Of a stretch of DNA of 64,000 nucleotides, positions 47,350-56,713 are shown piece after piece. Positions within the stretch are counted from its first letter, which is position 1. Each line of letters opens with the position of its first letter. The stretch covers positions 64,001 to 128,000 of the IMG/VR virus record IMGVR_UViG_3300046501_000132; one strand, written 5' to 3'. Source of the stretch: a virus. Under the pieces are notes generated by a model that was not told where the DNA came from, did no database searches, and saw only the letters and a program-made list of their open reading frames with translations. Made by a program: the position numbers and the translations under genes.

Positions 47350-47793
47350 GTGAGTGTTCTGAATGCAGTGAAGCGCGCCTATGGGGTCATGGAACAACGT
47401 GGGTGGGATACGGTCTATTGGGCTGTCGATCTCCACGGTGTATGTCTGGAATCCAACTACAAGCAGGGTGGTTACCAGTGGATCAACCAGACCGCGAAAG
47501 AGACGCTTCAGTTGATTTCGATGCTCCCCGAGAGCAAGATCATCCTCTGGTCGTCGGTACACGCCAATGAACAATACGATATTATCAAGTTCTTTCGGGA
47601 TGCAGATATTGCAGTTTTCGATTTCAATCAAAACCGATTCGAGAAAAGCAATCACTGTTCCAACTTCGATGAGAAGTTCTACTTCAGCGTTTTGCTGGAT
47701 GATAAGGCTGGATTTGATCCGAAAACAGATTGGGCTGAGATTAACACGTATTTGACGTTGCAAGCGTATGGAAGAGGGTTGTTCAATGAATGA
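47350..47793 (+). CDS. HAD-like protein
   Basis: AVDLHG, ILWSS, KFYF..LLDDKAGF. Confidence 0.7.
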   Translation: MSVLNAVKRAYGVMEQRGWDTVYWAVDLHGVCLESNYKQGGYQWINQTAKETLQLISMLPESKIILWSSVHANEQYDIIKFFRDADIAVFDFNQNRFEKSNHCSNFDEKFYFSVLLDDKAGFDPKTDWAEINTYLTLQAYGRGLFNE

Positions 47794-47962
47794 ACATGAA
47801 GAAGAACTGAAGAAGCAACGCGAGTCGGTGGGTGAGATCATTGCCGACATCGTAGAAGGTGCGGTTGAAGTAGCAGGCGACGTGATCGGTGGTTTCATCG
47901 AAGGCGTTGGTAATGTATGCGGCGCCATTTCTGAAGCCGCAAGTGAATGTACTTTGGACTAA
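47786..47962 (+). CDS. hypothetical protein
   Basis: 58-aa acidic/amphipathic ORF. Confidence 0.55.
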   Translation: MNEHEEELKKQRESVGEIIADIVEGAVEVAGDVIGGFIEGVGNVCGAISEAASECTLD

Positions 47963-47973
47963 GGAGTCAATCA

Positions 47974-48234
47974 ATGAGTATGAGTCAGTACGCGACAAAG
48001 GAAGAATACCAAGCGTCGCAAAACAATAAGCCGGTGGTGCATTTTCTCAATGAGGCCACTTTCGAAGACAACTGGATGGGAACCGGCTGTAAGGTTGCCC
48101 ATTGTGTGGTGATCGATCACCCGCGTCTTGGTCAGAGTGATGTACGCACGAGTGCAGTCATCAAGATCAATGAGGATGGTTCGTTCGAAACTCGCAATAG
48201 CATCTACCAACCGATTCAACAACTGAACGGTTAA
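47974..48234 (+). CDS. phage hypothetical protein
   Basis: DHPRLG..VRTS.V..ETRNSIY; AAGGAG RBS. Confidence 0.7.
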   Translation: MSMSQYATKEEYQASQNNKPVVHFLNEATFEDNWMGTGCKVAHCVVIDHPRLGQSDVRTSAVIKINEDGSFETRNSIYQPIQQLNG

Positions 48235-48734
48235 TGGCTGGGCGGGTAGTTAAACCGCCAGTCAGACGAGAAAACGCTTACACAGAGGTGAGCGTTTTTC
48301 TTGCTGGCAGCATCGAAATGGGCAAGGCGGTCGATTGGCAGTACGCACTAGGCGAATCTCTGACCTACTTCCACGAAGTGGGTAATATATACAATCCAAG
48401 GCGTGACGACTGGGACTCCAGTTGGGAACAGCGCAAGGATAATCCTCAGTTCAACGAACAAGTCACTTGGGAGTTGGATCATATTGAGGATGCAGACATC
48501 GTATTCTTCAACTTTATCCCCGATACGCAATCCCCCATCACTCTCCTAGAGCTGGGATTTGCGCTGGGTCAGATGAAGGAAGTCATCGTTTGTTGTCCTC
48601 CAGGCTTCTGGCGTAAGGGAAATATCGACATCCTTTGTGATCGTGAGTCGGTGACAGTTTATGATGACTACACGCAGGCAATCGCTGCACTATATAAGAG
48701 GATACACGGAATCTATGAGGAAATGAAACAATGA
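48234..48734 (+). CDS. nucleoside 2-deoxyribosyltransferase-like protein
   Basis: VFLAGSI, DWQ, YNPRR, QVTWE, SPITLLELG, FWRKGN. Confidence 0.85.
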   Translation: MAGRVVKPPVRRENAYTEVSVFLAGSIEMGKAVDWQYALGESLTYFHEVGNIYNPRRDDWDSSWEQRKDNPQFNEQVTWELDHIEDADIVFFNFIPDTQSPITLLELGFALGQMKEVIVCCPPGFWRKGNIDILCDRESVTVYDDYTQAIAALYKRIHGIYEEMKQ

Positions 48735-48973
48735 ATATTGAAGTGCAAATCGCATTGCTAGAAAAACGCAAGCGTGAAATCGAACTTGATTATGAGGCTG
48801 ATGATAATCGCCTCCAAGGACTTCTGGCTGAAGGTCGGAAGATTGCCAAGATTGTAGACGCCAAGAAAGAAAAAGCCCAACATCTGGAATTCGCCATCAC
48901 CAATCTTCGCGCTCTGCATGACATTGAGGTTGAGGAAGCGGTCCCTGAGGAAGACCCTTGGGGTGATGATTGA
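48731..48973 (+). CDS. hypothetical coiled-coil protein
   Basis: 80-aa ORF, ATGA overlap. Confidence 0.65.
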   Translation: MNIEVQIALLEKRKREIELDYEADDNRLQGLLAEGRKIAKIVDAKKEKAQHLEFAITNLRALHDIEVEEAVPEEDPWGDD

Positions 48974-49337
48974 CATCACCAAGTTTCATAATCGGGCCAA
49001 ACTGATATTCGACCGAGAGAATCTAGGCAACTACAAGCAGCGCGTAGTTGCTTTTGTCTTAGATTCCAAAGGTCGGATACTCACAGAAGGATGGAATTCT
49101 TATACCAAGACGCATCCAGTCCAACAACAAGCTGCCTTGGCTCATGACGAGAAGAAGTGTTTTCTCCACGCTGAGATCCACGCTCTCACTCGACTGCGGT
49201 ATAAGCAGTTGTCTAAGCAAGAAACAATTGTGGTGCTTCGGATGGACGTTAGTAAACGCTTACTTCCGGGCGCGCCCTGTAGCATTTGTCAAGATGTTAT
49301 CTCTCAGTTCGGGATCACGAACATCGTGCATTCCTAA
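48966..49337 (+). CDS. cytidine/deoxycytidylate deaminase-like protein
   Basis: G.N..KTHP, HAEIHAL, PCSIC. Confidence 0.8.
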   Translation: MIDITKFHNRAKLIFDRENLGNYKQRVVAFVLDSKGRILTEGWNSYTKTHPVQQQAALAHDEKKCFLHAEIHALTRLRYKQLSKQETIVVLRMDVSKRLLPGAPCSICQDVISQFGITNIVHS

Positions 49338-49361
49338 ATACAAGATATACTGGGAGAATCT

Positions 49362-49610
49362 ATGAAGACCGTCCAAGAATACCTAGAACTACTTGAAGTC
49401 AACCGGATCATTCAAGGTCTATCCAAGCGCAGTGGGAAGCCCGCCGACCATATCAATTCGATTTGGAAGGATACCGAGAAGGAAGTGCTGACTAAGCACA
49501 AATTCGGAGTTACGGATAAGTACAAAGAGATCGGTAAGCTAGTCCGTTCCAAGCTGGGCGTTGAGCCAAGCGATAAGGAAAAGGAAGACGAGGCAGATAC
49601 AAAGAAGTAA
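49362..49610 (+). CDS. candidate internal head protein
   Basis: late-type CTAAATA at 49334-49340; N-terminus MKTVQEYLELLE. Confidence 0.6.
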   Translation: MKTVQEYLELLEVNRIIQGLSKRSGKPADHINSIWKDTEKEVLTKHKFGVTDKYKEIGKLVRSKLGVEPSDKEKEDEADTKK

Positions 49611-49725
49611 TCATAAAGAGTCCATATTTCTATGGACTCTTTTTCTTTACTTCTGCTATGTAAAGCGTATAATAGTCCCTATCGAAACGTTTTACATAGT
49701 ACGAACTTCCTACCGGAGATATATC

Positions 49726-49950
49726 ATGAAGAACCTGCTCGCAACCCTGTGGTCGATGTTCACGCCGGAAGTCAAGACGACTCACGTCAACAGCGTCTAT
49801 GACTTGGGCTTCAAGGAAGAATCTGCCGAGTTGGCCGCCAAGCGCGCCGCTGCTCAAAAGAATCTGGAAACCTGGGGTCGGAAACCGTTACTGAAGGGCG
49901 GTGCGTTCTCCCGTAATAATTCGGTTCTCCGCACTCAAGACCAATCGTAA
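49726..49950 (+). CDS. early hypothetical protein
   Basis: GGAG RBS; promoter TTTACT-16nt-TATAAT at 49646-49673. Confidence 0.65.
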   Translation: MKNLLATLWSMFTPEVKTTHVNSVYDLGFKEESAELAAKRAAAQKNLETWGRKPLLKGGAFSRNNSVLRTQDQS

Positions 49951-50227
49951 GCGAATCTGTACTCACGTTAGGGTAAACCCTGATCAGAAGTGACGTCATA
50001 AAATACGTCGCTTTTTTACTACGTTACGTTTAGTTACGCTTTTCTTTCGGAACTATAGGACGTATAATAGACCCTGTCGAATCGAGAAAACGAGCACTTA
50101 CTTAATAGCGCGGTTTTCGCGGCGACGAAGCACTAAGTTTTAATCTGTATAGCTGGGGTCAAGGGTATAAGGCAATACCGCCGGTGTACCTATCTCATCA
50201 ACCTTTTCAGGTAAAGGTATTAACAAC

Positions 50228-50611
50228 ATGTTCGCCGTTGAAGCCCAAGAAGTTGTGAATTCGGACGTTCAATCCCAAGCTGTAACCGAAGTTTTTCTGT
50301 CGCACGGGTTCGGGGTATCGTTTCTGGATGACAATTCCGTTGCCCAGAACGGAGCGGTTCTTGAAGCGCTGGAGCGTATCGGCGCGGTAGAGCCGGGTGA
50401 TATTGTGAAGGATAACGGCCTCACGTCCTTCACGGTCAATGCAGTTGAGCTGGCACAATTCCTCCACCTGGTGTATTGCAGCACCCCGGAAGGAAAGAAA
50501 CTGGTTGTGGAATTTGACGGACTTTTCCCGTTCCAATCCTACGATACCAGCGGCGTGTCGCGCAACTTCAATGCCCAGCTGATCACCATCAGCGAGCAGA
50601 CGGTACAATAA
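50228..50611 (+). CDS. early hypothetical protein
   Basis: 127-aa ORF; TATAAT at 50063-50068 and tandem terminators after. Confidence 0.7.
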   Translation: MFAVEAQEVVNSDVQSQAVTEVFLSHGFGVSFLDDNSVAQNGAVLEALERIGAVEPGDIVKDNGLTSFTVNAVELAQFLHLVYCSTPEGKKLVVEFDGLFPFQSYDTSGVSRNFNAQLITISEQTVQ

Positions 50612-50640
50612 AGCCGTCCTCAAAAAGAGAGACAACATAC

Positions 50641-50702
50641 AAAAAGCCGCCCCTTTTGGGGCGGCTATTAAAAATGCCCGGTCGGTAAAACCGGGCATTT
50701 TG
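50641..50702. terminator. two tandem terminator hairpins
   Basis: AGCCGCCCC-TTTT-GGGGCGGCT and AAAATGCCCGGT..ACCGGGCATTTT. Confidence 0.8.
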
Positions 50703-50704
50703 TA

Positions 50705-52798
50705 TTACCACAACTTCGGCTTATCGTCGTTGCGTGTGGTTAGCGGCTGACTGACGATGGTTGTAGAGTTCTGACGGACGCTGTTATCCGACACAACTTG
50801 CACATTCGACTTTCCGGCCTTAGACGCTTCAACATCATCCTTCAAGTTGTTCACTGCGGCGGTCTTATCGACCACAGCCGCCGCTTGACTTGCCTGATTC
50901 GGCTGAATTGATCCGGTCGGCGCGCTCGCGTATTCCTTCATGGACTTCGCTACACCGCCCATCCCCGGAATATACTTCAATAGATCAGCGATTCCGCCCA
51001 CCACACCTTTGAAGCAGTCGATGATCTTGTCGAACAGAGCCACCGCTTTCTGTTTGAATCCCCCAGCAAGATCAGTATCAAATCCCAACCATCCCGCTAC
51101 CGTATCAAACAATCCCAGGATCGAACTCACCACATTAGTGAAGCCTGCGTAGACTCTTTTAGTGTAGTTGTCGTCTTCAACCTTCTCACCAAAGATGCTA
51201 GATGCGTCGTTGAATCCTTCCAAGAAGCTGAAGATACCGCCGATCACAGCAGATACTCCCGCGATCACCGGTAGGAATCGACCAACTCCCATCACCAACG
51301 AACCTACCTTCCCGAAAGCCCCGACGATTCCGGAGAATAGCGAGCCGATCCCGGAGATAATACCTGAGACTCCAGGGATCATCCCCAGTAGCCCGCCGAA
51401 CATGCCCCCTCCGGAGCTATTAGCAGCAGCAGGCGCGTTCGAAGCCCCGTTAGCTGGGGGAGGGGCTACCTTTCCGCTCGGAGCCGCCTTAGCGGTGCTA
51501 TTCGAGTGCTGTAGCGTGTTGCGTTGCTTCTTGGCTTTATTCTGAGCAAGAAGTCCCTTAACACCCTTGAAGACTTCCACCCCAGCCGCTGCTACGGGAT
51601 TCGCTTCGAAGAACCCGGACTTCAACGTGTCCTTGAACTTATCGGCGTCTCTATTTGACTTGGCTTCCTTCTTTGATTGATCTGCCAGTTGCTTTCTTAA
51701 CGCCGCCTTACGGATGATTCCTTCGCCCTTGGCATCGTCTTCGATTTTCTTCAAACGAGCCTTATGTTCGATTCCGAGTTCACGAATCTTTTGGATCCGA
51801 TCCTTGTTCCGTTGTAGTTGATCTGCCTTCTGTTGAGCAATATCAGACTTGTGCTTAGTCACCTTCAACTGGTAATCATTACGCAAATCGGACTTCAGCT
51901 GCTTGATCTTCCCTGCAGCAACTGCTCGATCAGTCCTCAGTTGATCCTGATCTTGTTGAACCTTAACCTTATGATCAACCTTGTCTTGATCCAACTTCTT
52001 CCTACGAATATCCGCTTGATCCTTTAATTGGGTCTTCAAATTATCGTAGTGTTGGGCCATTGCAACCGACTGGTCCTTAAGGTCTTGTTTTTTCTTCTCA
52101 AGCGTTACCTTATGATCGGCTTTATCTTGTTGAAGCTTCAGCTTAGCACGCTCAATCGTTTCCTTCTGGGCTTGCACTAGATTCTCAAGACGTTGCTTCT
52201 GCTCCATCTTGAGTTCTTTCAGCTTGCTAGACTTTTCCTCAAACAGCGCCTTGGATTTCAGCTTCGATTCATCCGTAATTTGGCGTGCCTTGGCTGTGGC
52301 CTCGGCAACCAAATTCTTATGAAAGGCGTCCGACTTTTCCTTAGTCATCTTGGCTTCGTTCTTAGCCGAATCCTTGATGAGCTGTGCTTGGTTCCGAGCG
52401 ATACTGATCATCATCACAGCGGCATTCTTGGTATCCAAGTTGACACTATCAATCTGTCTCAGTAGTGAGGCACGGCGCGATTCCGTTACCTTCTGCGTTT
52501 GCTCAACGAAGTTACGGAATTCAACCAACGCCTTAGTCGCTTCCCGCTTAAAGGCGGCAGAATCCGACTTCTGGGATTTGGCGACCATTCTGATCGTGTC
52601 CTTGGCGAAGGCAGTAATGTCCTTGGAAGTCTCAGGCGAGTTCTTGGCGTTCAGGGCTTGAGCCAGCGCACGTAAATCCTTCGCTTCTTGAGTTGCTGCC
52701 GCGTTAGTCTTCGGGGTCGCGGGTTCGCTGCGTGATGATTTCTTAGGCGATTCCTTCTTTGTATTAGACTTGGCGACTTGATTAGGTTCACGTGCCAT
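50705..52798 (-). CDS. gp29-like baseplate hub / tail length protein
   Basis: long coiled coil then Gly-rich hydrophobic segments; downstream of gp48-gp53 genes. Confidence 0.65.
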   Translation of the reverse strand: MAREPNQVAKSNTKKESPKKSSRSEPATPKTNAAATQEAKDLRALAQALNAKNSPETSKDITAFAKDTIRMVAKSQKSDSAAFKREATKALVEFRNFVEQTQKVTESRRASLLRQIDSVNLDTKNAAVMMISIARNQAQLIKDSAKNEAKMTKEKSDAFHKNLVAEATAKARQITDESKLKSKALFEEKSSKLKELKMEQKQRLENLVQAQKETIERAKLKLQQDKADHKVTLEKKKQDLKDQSVAMAQHYDNLKTQLKDQADIRRKKLDQDKVDHKVKVQQDQDQLRTDRAVAAGKIKQLKSDLRNDYQLKVTKHKSDIAQQKADQLQRNKDRIQKIRELGIEHKARLKKIEDDAKGEGIIRKAALRKQLADQSKKEAKSNRDADKFKDTLKSGFFEANPVAAAGVEVFKGVKGLLAQNKAKKQRNTLQHSNSTAKAAPSGKVAPPPANGASNAPAAANSSGGGMFGGLLGMIPGVSGIISGIGSLFSGIVGAFGKVGSLVMGVGRFLPVIAGVSAVIGGIFSFLEGFNDASSIFGEKVEDDNYTKRVYAGFTNVVSSILGLFDTVAGWLGFDTDLAGGFKQKAVALFDKIIDCFKGVVGGIADLLKYIPGMGGVAKSMKEYASAPTGSIQPNQASQAAAVVDKTAAVNNLKDDVEASKAGKSNVQVVSDNSVRQNSTTIVSQPLTTRNDDKPKLW

Positions 52799-52799
52799 A

Positions 52800-54014
52800 T
52801 TATGCTCCCATTGTATTCACATCTACGTCGAACGAATCCTTGGTCAATTCGCACACCATAGAGTATGTTGTCTTTGTAATTAGATGCTTGATAGACCGAA
52901 CCAACCACTTTCCTGAAGAGAATTTCTCAGAGTCAACGCCTAGACCCGAGCGGGAAGGAATCTCCATCCAAACGATCTTACCGCTAGTCAAATTGCTATC
53001 ACCGGGCAGACTCACTAGGACTCTGAGGTTATCCATCAAAGTCATAGAAGACAAGCGATTAAAGGCAGATAGATGAGACTGATCAGTGCGGTAAGGAATA
53101 TACCCATCAATATTACGGATGCTTTTTGCTTCGTCATTCAGCGCATACTTATTCAACTTAATATCTGCTCTACTGAACAAATCATCATATGAATTCGTTG
53201 TCTTAGTGATCCGCTTGTTAGTCAGGTCCATCGAGAAGAAACCCCCGCCAAAGGCTTCCGCCTCATATTGCGTTAGGCGGTCGTTCCCTTCCTTATATTC
53301 AAAATCATATGCGGTATTGAATAGTCGGTCGCCTGAGTCACCACCTACCATATTGCGACTACCTATGTAGATGTACTTGTCATATGCAGTCCGGTAGATT
53401 TCCTTCAGACTCTTGAAATGATAGCCATCCGTACTTTCCCAAAAGAACATTGGAGATAGTGTCTTGCTATTTGCACGAGAAGCGCAAAACTTAATGGCCT
53501 GGAATAGACCGCAAGACGGAGTAACATAGTTGACGATTCCAACTGATTCCTCTGCTGATACTTTCTTCTTGGATTTACTCTCAGCCAGCAACTTCTGAAT
53601 GATGTCGCTGTAGGTGCCGGTGTAAGCCGCACTCATATCATTGTTCGCCGCCCACCAGACTTCCGGGGTGCAGAGAGACAACTCATTGATTTGAATGTTT
53701 TCGGTGCTATTGCTTAGACCGCGATCACCTATCTTGTATACAACAAAGTCCAGAGTGCGCGTGTCGGCGTAGATCGGTGTTTTGAATGTAATGCTCACTT
53801 GTTCACCGCCCGTGATCGGAAACGTACCAACCAAGTTAATCTGATCCCGAATCAGTAACTTGGCGGACAACGCACCTTGGAACATATCCTCATAGATGAT
53901 GAATTGTTCCATGATCGGGAAGATATCAAGAATTGTGTTCTTTGAAGGTTTCTTGATTGTGAGCATCTGAACTTCAATCGGTTGATTGATGTCGTAGTTA
54001 TCGGATGCGCTCAT
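52800..54014 (-). CDS. baseplate hub protein (gp27-like)
   Basis: IYEDMF..LSAKL.I.D, FFWES..GYHFKSL, PGD..L..G, SGKWLV..IKH; position after gp53. Confidence 0.65.
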   Translation of the reverse strand: MSASDNYDINQPIEVQMLTIKKPSKNTILDIFPIMEQFIIYEDMFQGALSAKLLIRDQINLVGTFPITGGEQVSITFKTPIYADTRTLDFVVYKIGDRGLSNSTENIQINELSLCTPEVWWAANNDMSAAYTGTYSDIIQKLLAESKSKKKVSAEESVGIVNYVTPSCGLFQAIKFCASRANSKTLSPMFFWESTDGYHFKSLKEIYRTAYDKYIYIGSRNMVGGDSGDRLFNTAYDFEYKEGNDRLTQYEAEAFGGGFFSMDLTNKRITKTTNSYDDLFSRADIKLNKYALNDEAKSIRNIDGYIPYRTDQSHLSAFNRLSSMTLMDNLRVLVSLPGDSNLTSGKIVWMEIPSRSGLGVDSEKFSSGKWLVRSIKHLITKTTYSMVCELTKDSFDVDVNTMGA

Positions 54015-54562
54015 TATGTCTCCGGGTTCATGGCGGTCTCAAACTGAGTCTGGACCGAAGCGATATAGTCAGGATCAATAAGAATGATCTTACGTTTCGA
54101 TTCGTTTAATCCAATCTCAAATTCCTCAATTGAAACGGTTTCCAGTTCAGCTTGATCAATTACATCATCGTCAACGGTCAGGTCAAGTTCGATTCTCAGA
54201 GAAAGAAGATCAGCGATTAGACCGTTAGGATTGATATAGTGATGAACATCGGTTAGATTCTTGCCTGGATACTTCCGTTCAATATAGTCATTTAGTTGTG
54301 ATGGGTTGCGAGGCCACTGATTGTCGAAGTCGTAGATGTTGTTCATCATCAAGATCGTCCACCAGTAGTCTACCGTCCCATACAAACGGTAGGAGATCAT
54401 ATGTGGAAGCTCACCATCACGGATTTCATAAGGAATCTGGACACGAGCATCCTTCTTCCATTCATCCGTGATATTTGCGTAAGCTGTAATATCATTGATC
54501 AGAGTAGTAGAGCCATCAGGAAACGTATACCAGACGTTTCCCAAGTGTGTGAAGAATGCCAT
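54014..54562 (-). CDS. baseplate wedge protein gp53
   Basis: YEIRDGE.P..ISYRLYG..DYWWTIL..NNI, VHHY, NESKRKI. Confidence 0.9.
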   Translation of the reverse strand: MAFFTHLGNVWYTFPDGSTTLINDITAYANITDEWKKDARVQIPYEIRDGELPHMISYRLYGTVDYWWTILMMNNIYDFDNQWPRNPSQLNDYIERKYPGKNLTDVHHYINPNGLIADLLSLRIELDLTVDDDVIDQAELETVSIEEFEIGLNESKRKIILIDPDYIASVQTQFETAMNPET

Positions 54563-54571
54563 TTGTTATCC

Positions 54572-55546
54572 TTAGAATGTAGTTCCAGTATTGTTGGAGT
54601 CAGAACCAACCAAATCTTTGTGTAGAATACTCAATTCGCGGAACGTCAAGCTCAGCTGATATGATTGAGGAGATCCACTAACAGTCTTGATATAGCTTCC
54701 GCCTGGAGTGTAATTTGTCGACATGTTCGTCAGCGCACAAGTGCTAATACGAGGAATGTAGCGATTTGGAGACCCATCCTGCCAGAATACGATATCAAAG
54801 CTAGACGGATACAACAAGTAAGCATTCCCGTTTCCGATGTCGCTGCGGAATTCCGGCAGCATGTGGAAACGTAGCAAACGAAGCATATTATCCAAAGTCT
54901 CAGCTTCCTTCGCATTACGCGGGGTAAGAGTCCAAGACCAGTTGAATGTACGATTATCCACACTCTTGAATAGCGTCTCAGCATACTGATTTTCAACCGT
55001 AGCCGTAGCCAATGATGCAAGTTCCTTAGCTTTCAATGCCCCGCCGGCCAGCTTAGAAGCCATAGAGCCAACTGTGCTCAAGGCTAAGTATCCAGCCAAC
55101 TTAGCACCAGAGGCGGCGTTCATCTTACTCAAATCGGAGCCTTGGTCAATGGCCATACCAACTTGACCGAAGTCGGTCTGAGTCCATTGAGCCGCTTGAC
55201 TGAAAGATAGACCTGCAGGCAGCGGCAGGGTGATCGACTGATTAGAGCGTTCAAACGTATTAGAGAAAACCTTGACTCCACCGTTGTCCTTCTGAAGTCC
55301 GGTAGAGACTTGATGTACTACAGGCATTTCCCCGTATGCAGAGGTCAATGCGTTCTTAGGAGTAGACAACCCGCCGTTGAAAGTGATCTGAGCTTTGCTG
55401 TTCTTAATCGTGTTGATAAAGAAGGTCATGCAAGATAGGTCTTGACCAGGGTTCAGCAGGTCGGCTGGGAACATCAAGTTGCTTGACTTAGAATCAAATT
55501 CTTGTCCCTTTAGTTTGTCCACCTTAGATTGTGTAGAAGTAGCCAT
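54572..55546 (-). CDS. baseplate tail tube cap gp48
   Basis: ITLPLP, LFKSVDNRTFNWSW.LTPRN..EA, CALTN..NYTP, L.F.EL. Confidence 0.88.
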   Translation of the reverse strand: MATSTQSKVDKLKGQEFDSKSSNLMFPADLLNPGQDLSCMTFFINTIKNSKAQITFNGGLSTPKNALTSAYGEMPVVHQVSTGLQKDNGGVKVFSNTFERSNQSITLPLPAGLSFSQAAQWTQTDFGQVGMAIDQGSDLSKMNAASGAKLAGYLALSTVGSMASKLAGGALKAKELASLATATVENQYAETLFKSVDNRTFNWSWTLTPRNAKEAETLDNMLRLLRFHMLPEFRSDIGNGNAYLLYPSSFDIVFWQDGSPNRYIPRISTCALTNMSTNYTPGGSYIKTVSGSPQSYQLSLTFRELSILHKDLVGSDSNNTGTTF

Positions 55547-55567
55547 ATATGACCCCTGTTAAATTAG

Positions 55568-55589
55568 TAAATAGACATACAATTATTTA
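55568..55589. promoter_or_regulatory. pair of opposed late promoters (gp4 / gp48)
   Basis: TAAATA (+) 55568-55573 and TAAATA (-) 55584-55589. Confidence 0.6.
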
Positions 55590-55605
55590 GTAAAGGACAA
55601 GCAAA

Positions 55606-56094
55606 ATGAGTAATAATCGTTGGCTCAAGGGGCGCTATCGTCCCCAGAACCCTAACAAGTATAAGGGTGATATTGATAAGATTGTTTATCGCTCCAGCTG
55701 GGAGAGAACGTTCATGGTTTGGGCAGATACCGATGAAGACATCTTAGCCTGGTCGTCTGAGGAAACTAAGATTCAATACTTCGATCCGGTAAAGAAATGC
55801 GGTCGCATATATGTTGTAGATTTCAAGATTCTAACCCGCAAGCCGGATGGCGGATACCAAGTCATCCTCATCGAGATCAAGCCTGAGAAGCAGACGAAGA
55901 AGCCGCGCGATAGTCGCAATAAGGCTGAGAAGACGCTGCTGCTGGAACAAGCCACTTATCAGACGAATGTGGCTAAGTGGAGGGCCGCAATTAAATTCTG
56001 TGATGATCGGGGATGGAAATTCAAGATTCTGACTGAAGTGGACCTGTTTGGAGGGATCGACCGAGGCTATAAGCCGCAGAAGCCTGCTAGATGA
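55606..56094 (+). CDS. head completion nuclease gp4
   Basis: P.NP.KYKGD, YRSSWE, WSSE, Y.VDF, IEIKP, N.AKW.AA. Confidence 0.92.
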   Translation: MSNNRWLKGRYRPQNPNKYKGDIDKIVYRSSWERTFMVWADTDEDILAWSSEETKIQYFDPVKKCGRIYVVDFKILTRKPDGGYQVILIEIKPEKQTKKPRDSRNKAEKTLLLEQATYQTNVAKWRAAIKFCDDRGWKFKILTEVDLFGGIDRGYKPQKPAR

Positions 56095-56177
56095 GCGTAG
56101 GAACGAAAGAAAAGGGCAGGAGCTATACGCCCCTGCCCTTTCGCTAAACATCGCTTATATCACATTTAAACTGGTGA

Positions 56178-56711
56178 TCAGTCATTCACTTCTTTCTGAA
56201 GGTTCATGTAGAACTCTTGTAGTCCGTCAAGACGGCGGGCGCACTCGTAGTAGGATTGGTAATTACGGGTGATGACGCCGATGGCTTGACCCGCAGTAAC
56301 TCCAGATTCACCGGCTTCACCATCAGGTCCGCTGGCGCGTCCGGCAATCGTATCCTGATCGTTGGCTCTGGCTGCAGCGTCGTGCAGGCGGATAAACTCA
56401 GGATCAAGAAACTCACTAGCAACAGGAGTCGTTTCATATTTGATGACCTCTTTCGTGATGGTGTTGTACTTCGTTATGATTCTGTCCTTGTAGATGACTT
56501 GTTGTTCATCTTGTTTATCGGACACTTCTTGTAGTTTATCGTTCTTCTCAACAACCTTTTCATTGGCCTTCAGTTGAGCTTCGATATAGATTTGCTTCTG
56601 ATGATCAACACCTTTGTTGTAGGCGTAGAATCCCACACCAACCAGCGCCGCGCCTGAAATGATAGCGACCAAAAGCCACTTTTGAATAAATGCTATAATA
56701 CTTGCGATCAT
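56178..56711 (-). CDS. inner-membrane spanin (Rz-like)
   Basis: N-terminal transmembrane helix, coiled coil, contains a nested lipoprotein ORF. Confidence 0.8.
   Translation of the reverse strand: MIASIIAFIQKWLLVAIISGAALVGVGFYAYNKGVDHQKQIYIEAQLKANEKVVEKNDKLQEVSDKQDEQQVIYKDRIITKYNTITKEVIKYETTPVASEFLDPEFIRLHDAAARANDQDTIAGRASGPDGEAGESGVTAGQAIGVITRNYQSYYECARRLDGLQEFYMNLQKEVND
56204..56437 (-). CDS. outer-membrane spanin lipoprotein (Rz1-like), fully embedded
   Basis: MKRLLLLVSFLILSLSAC lipobox, Pro-rich mature part, different frame inside the Rz-like gene. Confidence 0.8.
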   Translation of the reverse strand: MKRLLLLVSFLILSLSACTTLQPEPTIRIRLPDAPADLMVKPVNLELLRVKPSASSPVITNPTTSAPAVLTDYKSST

Positions 56712-56713
56712 GA

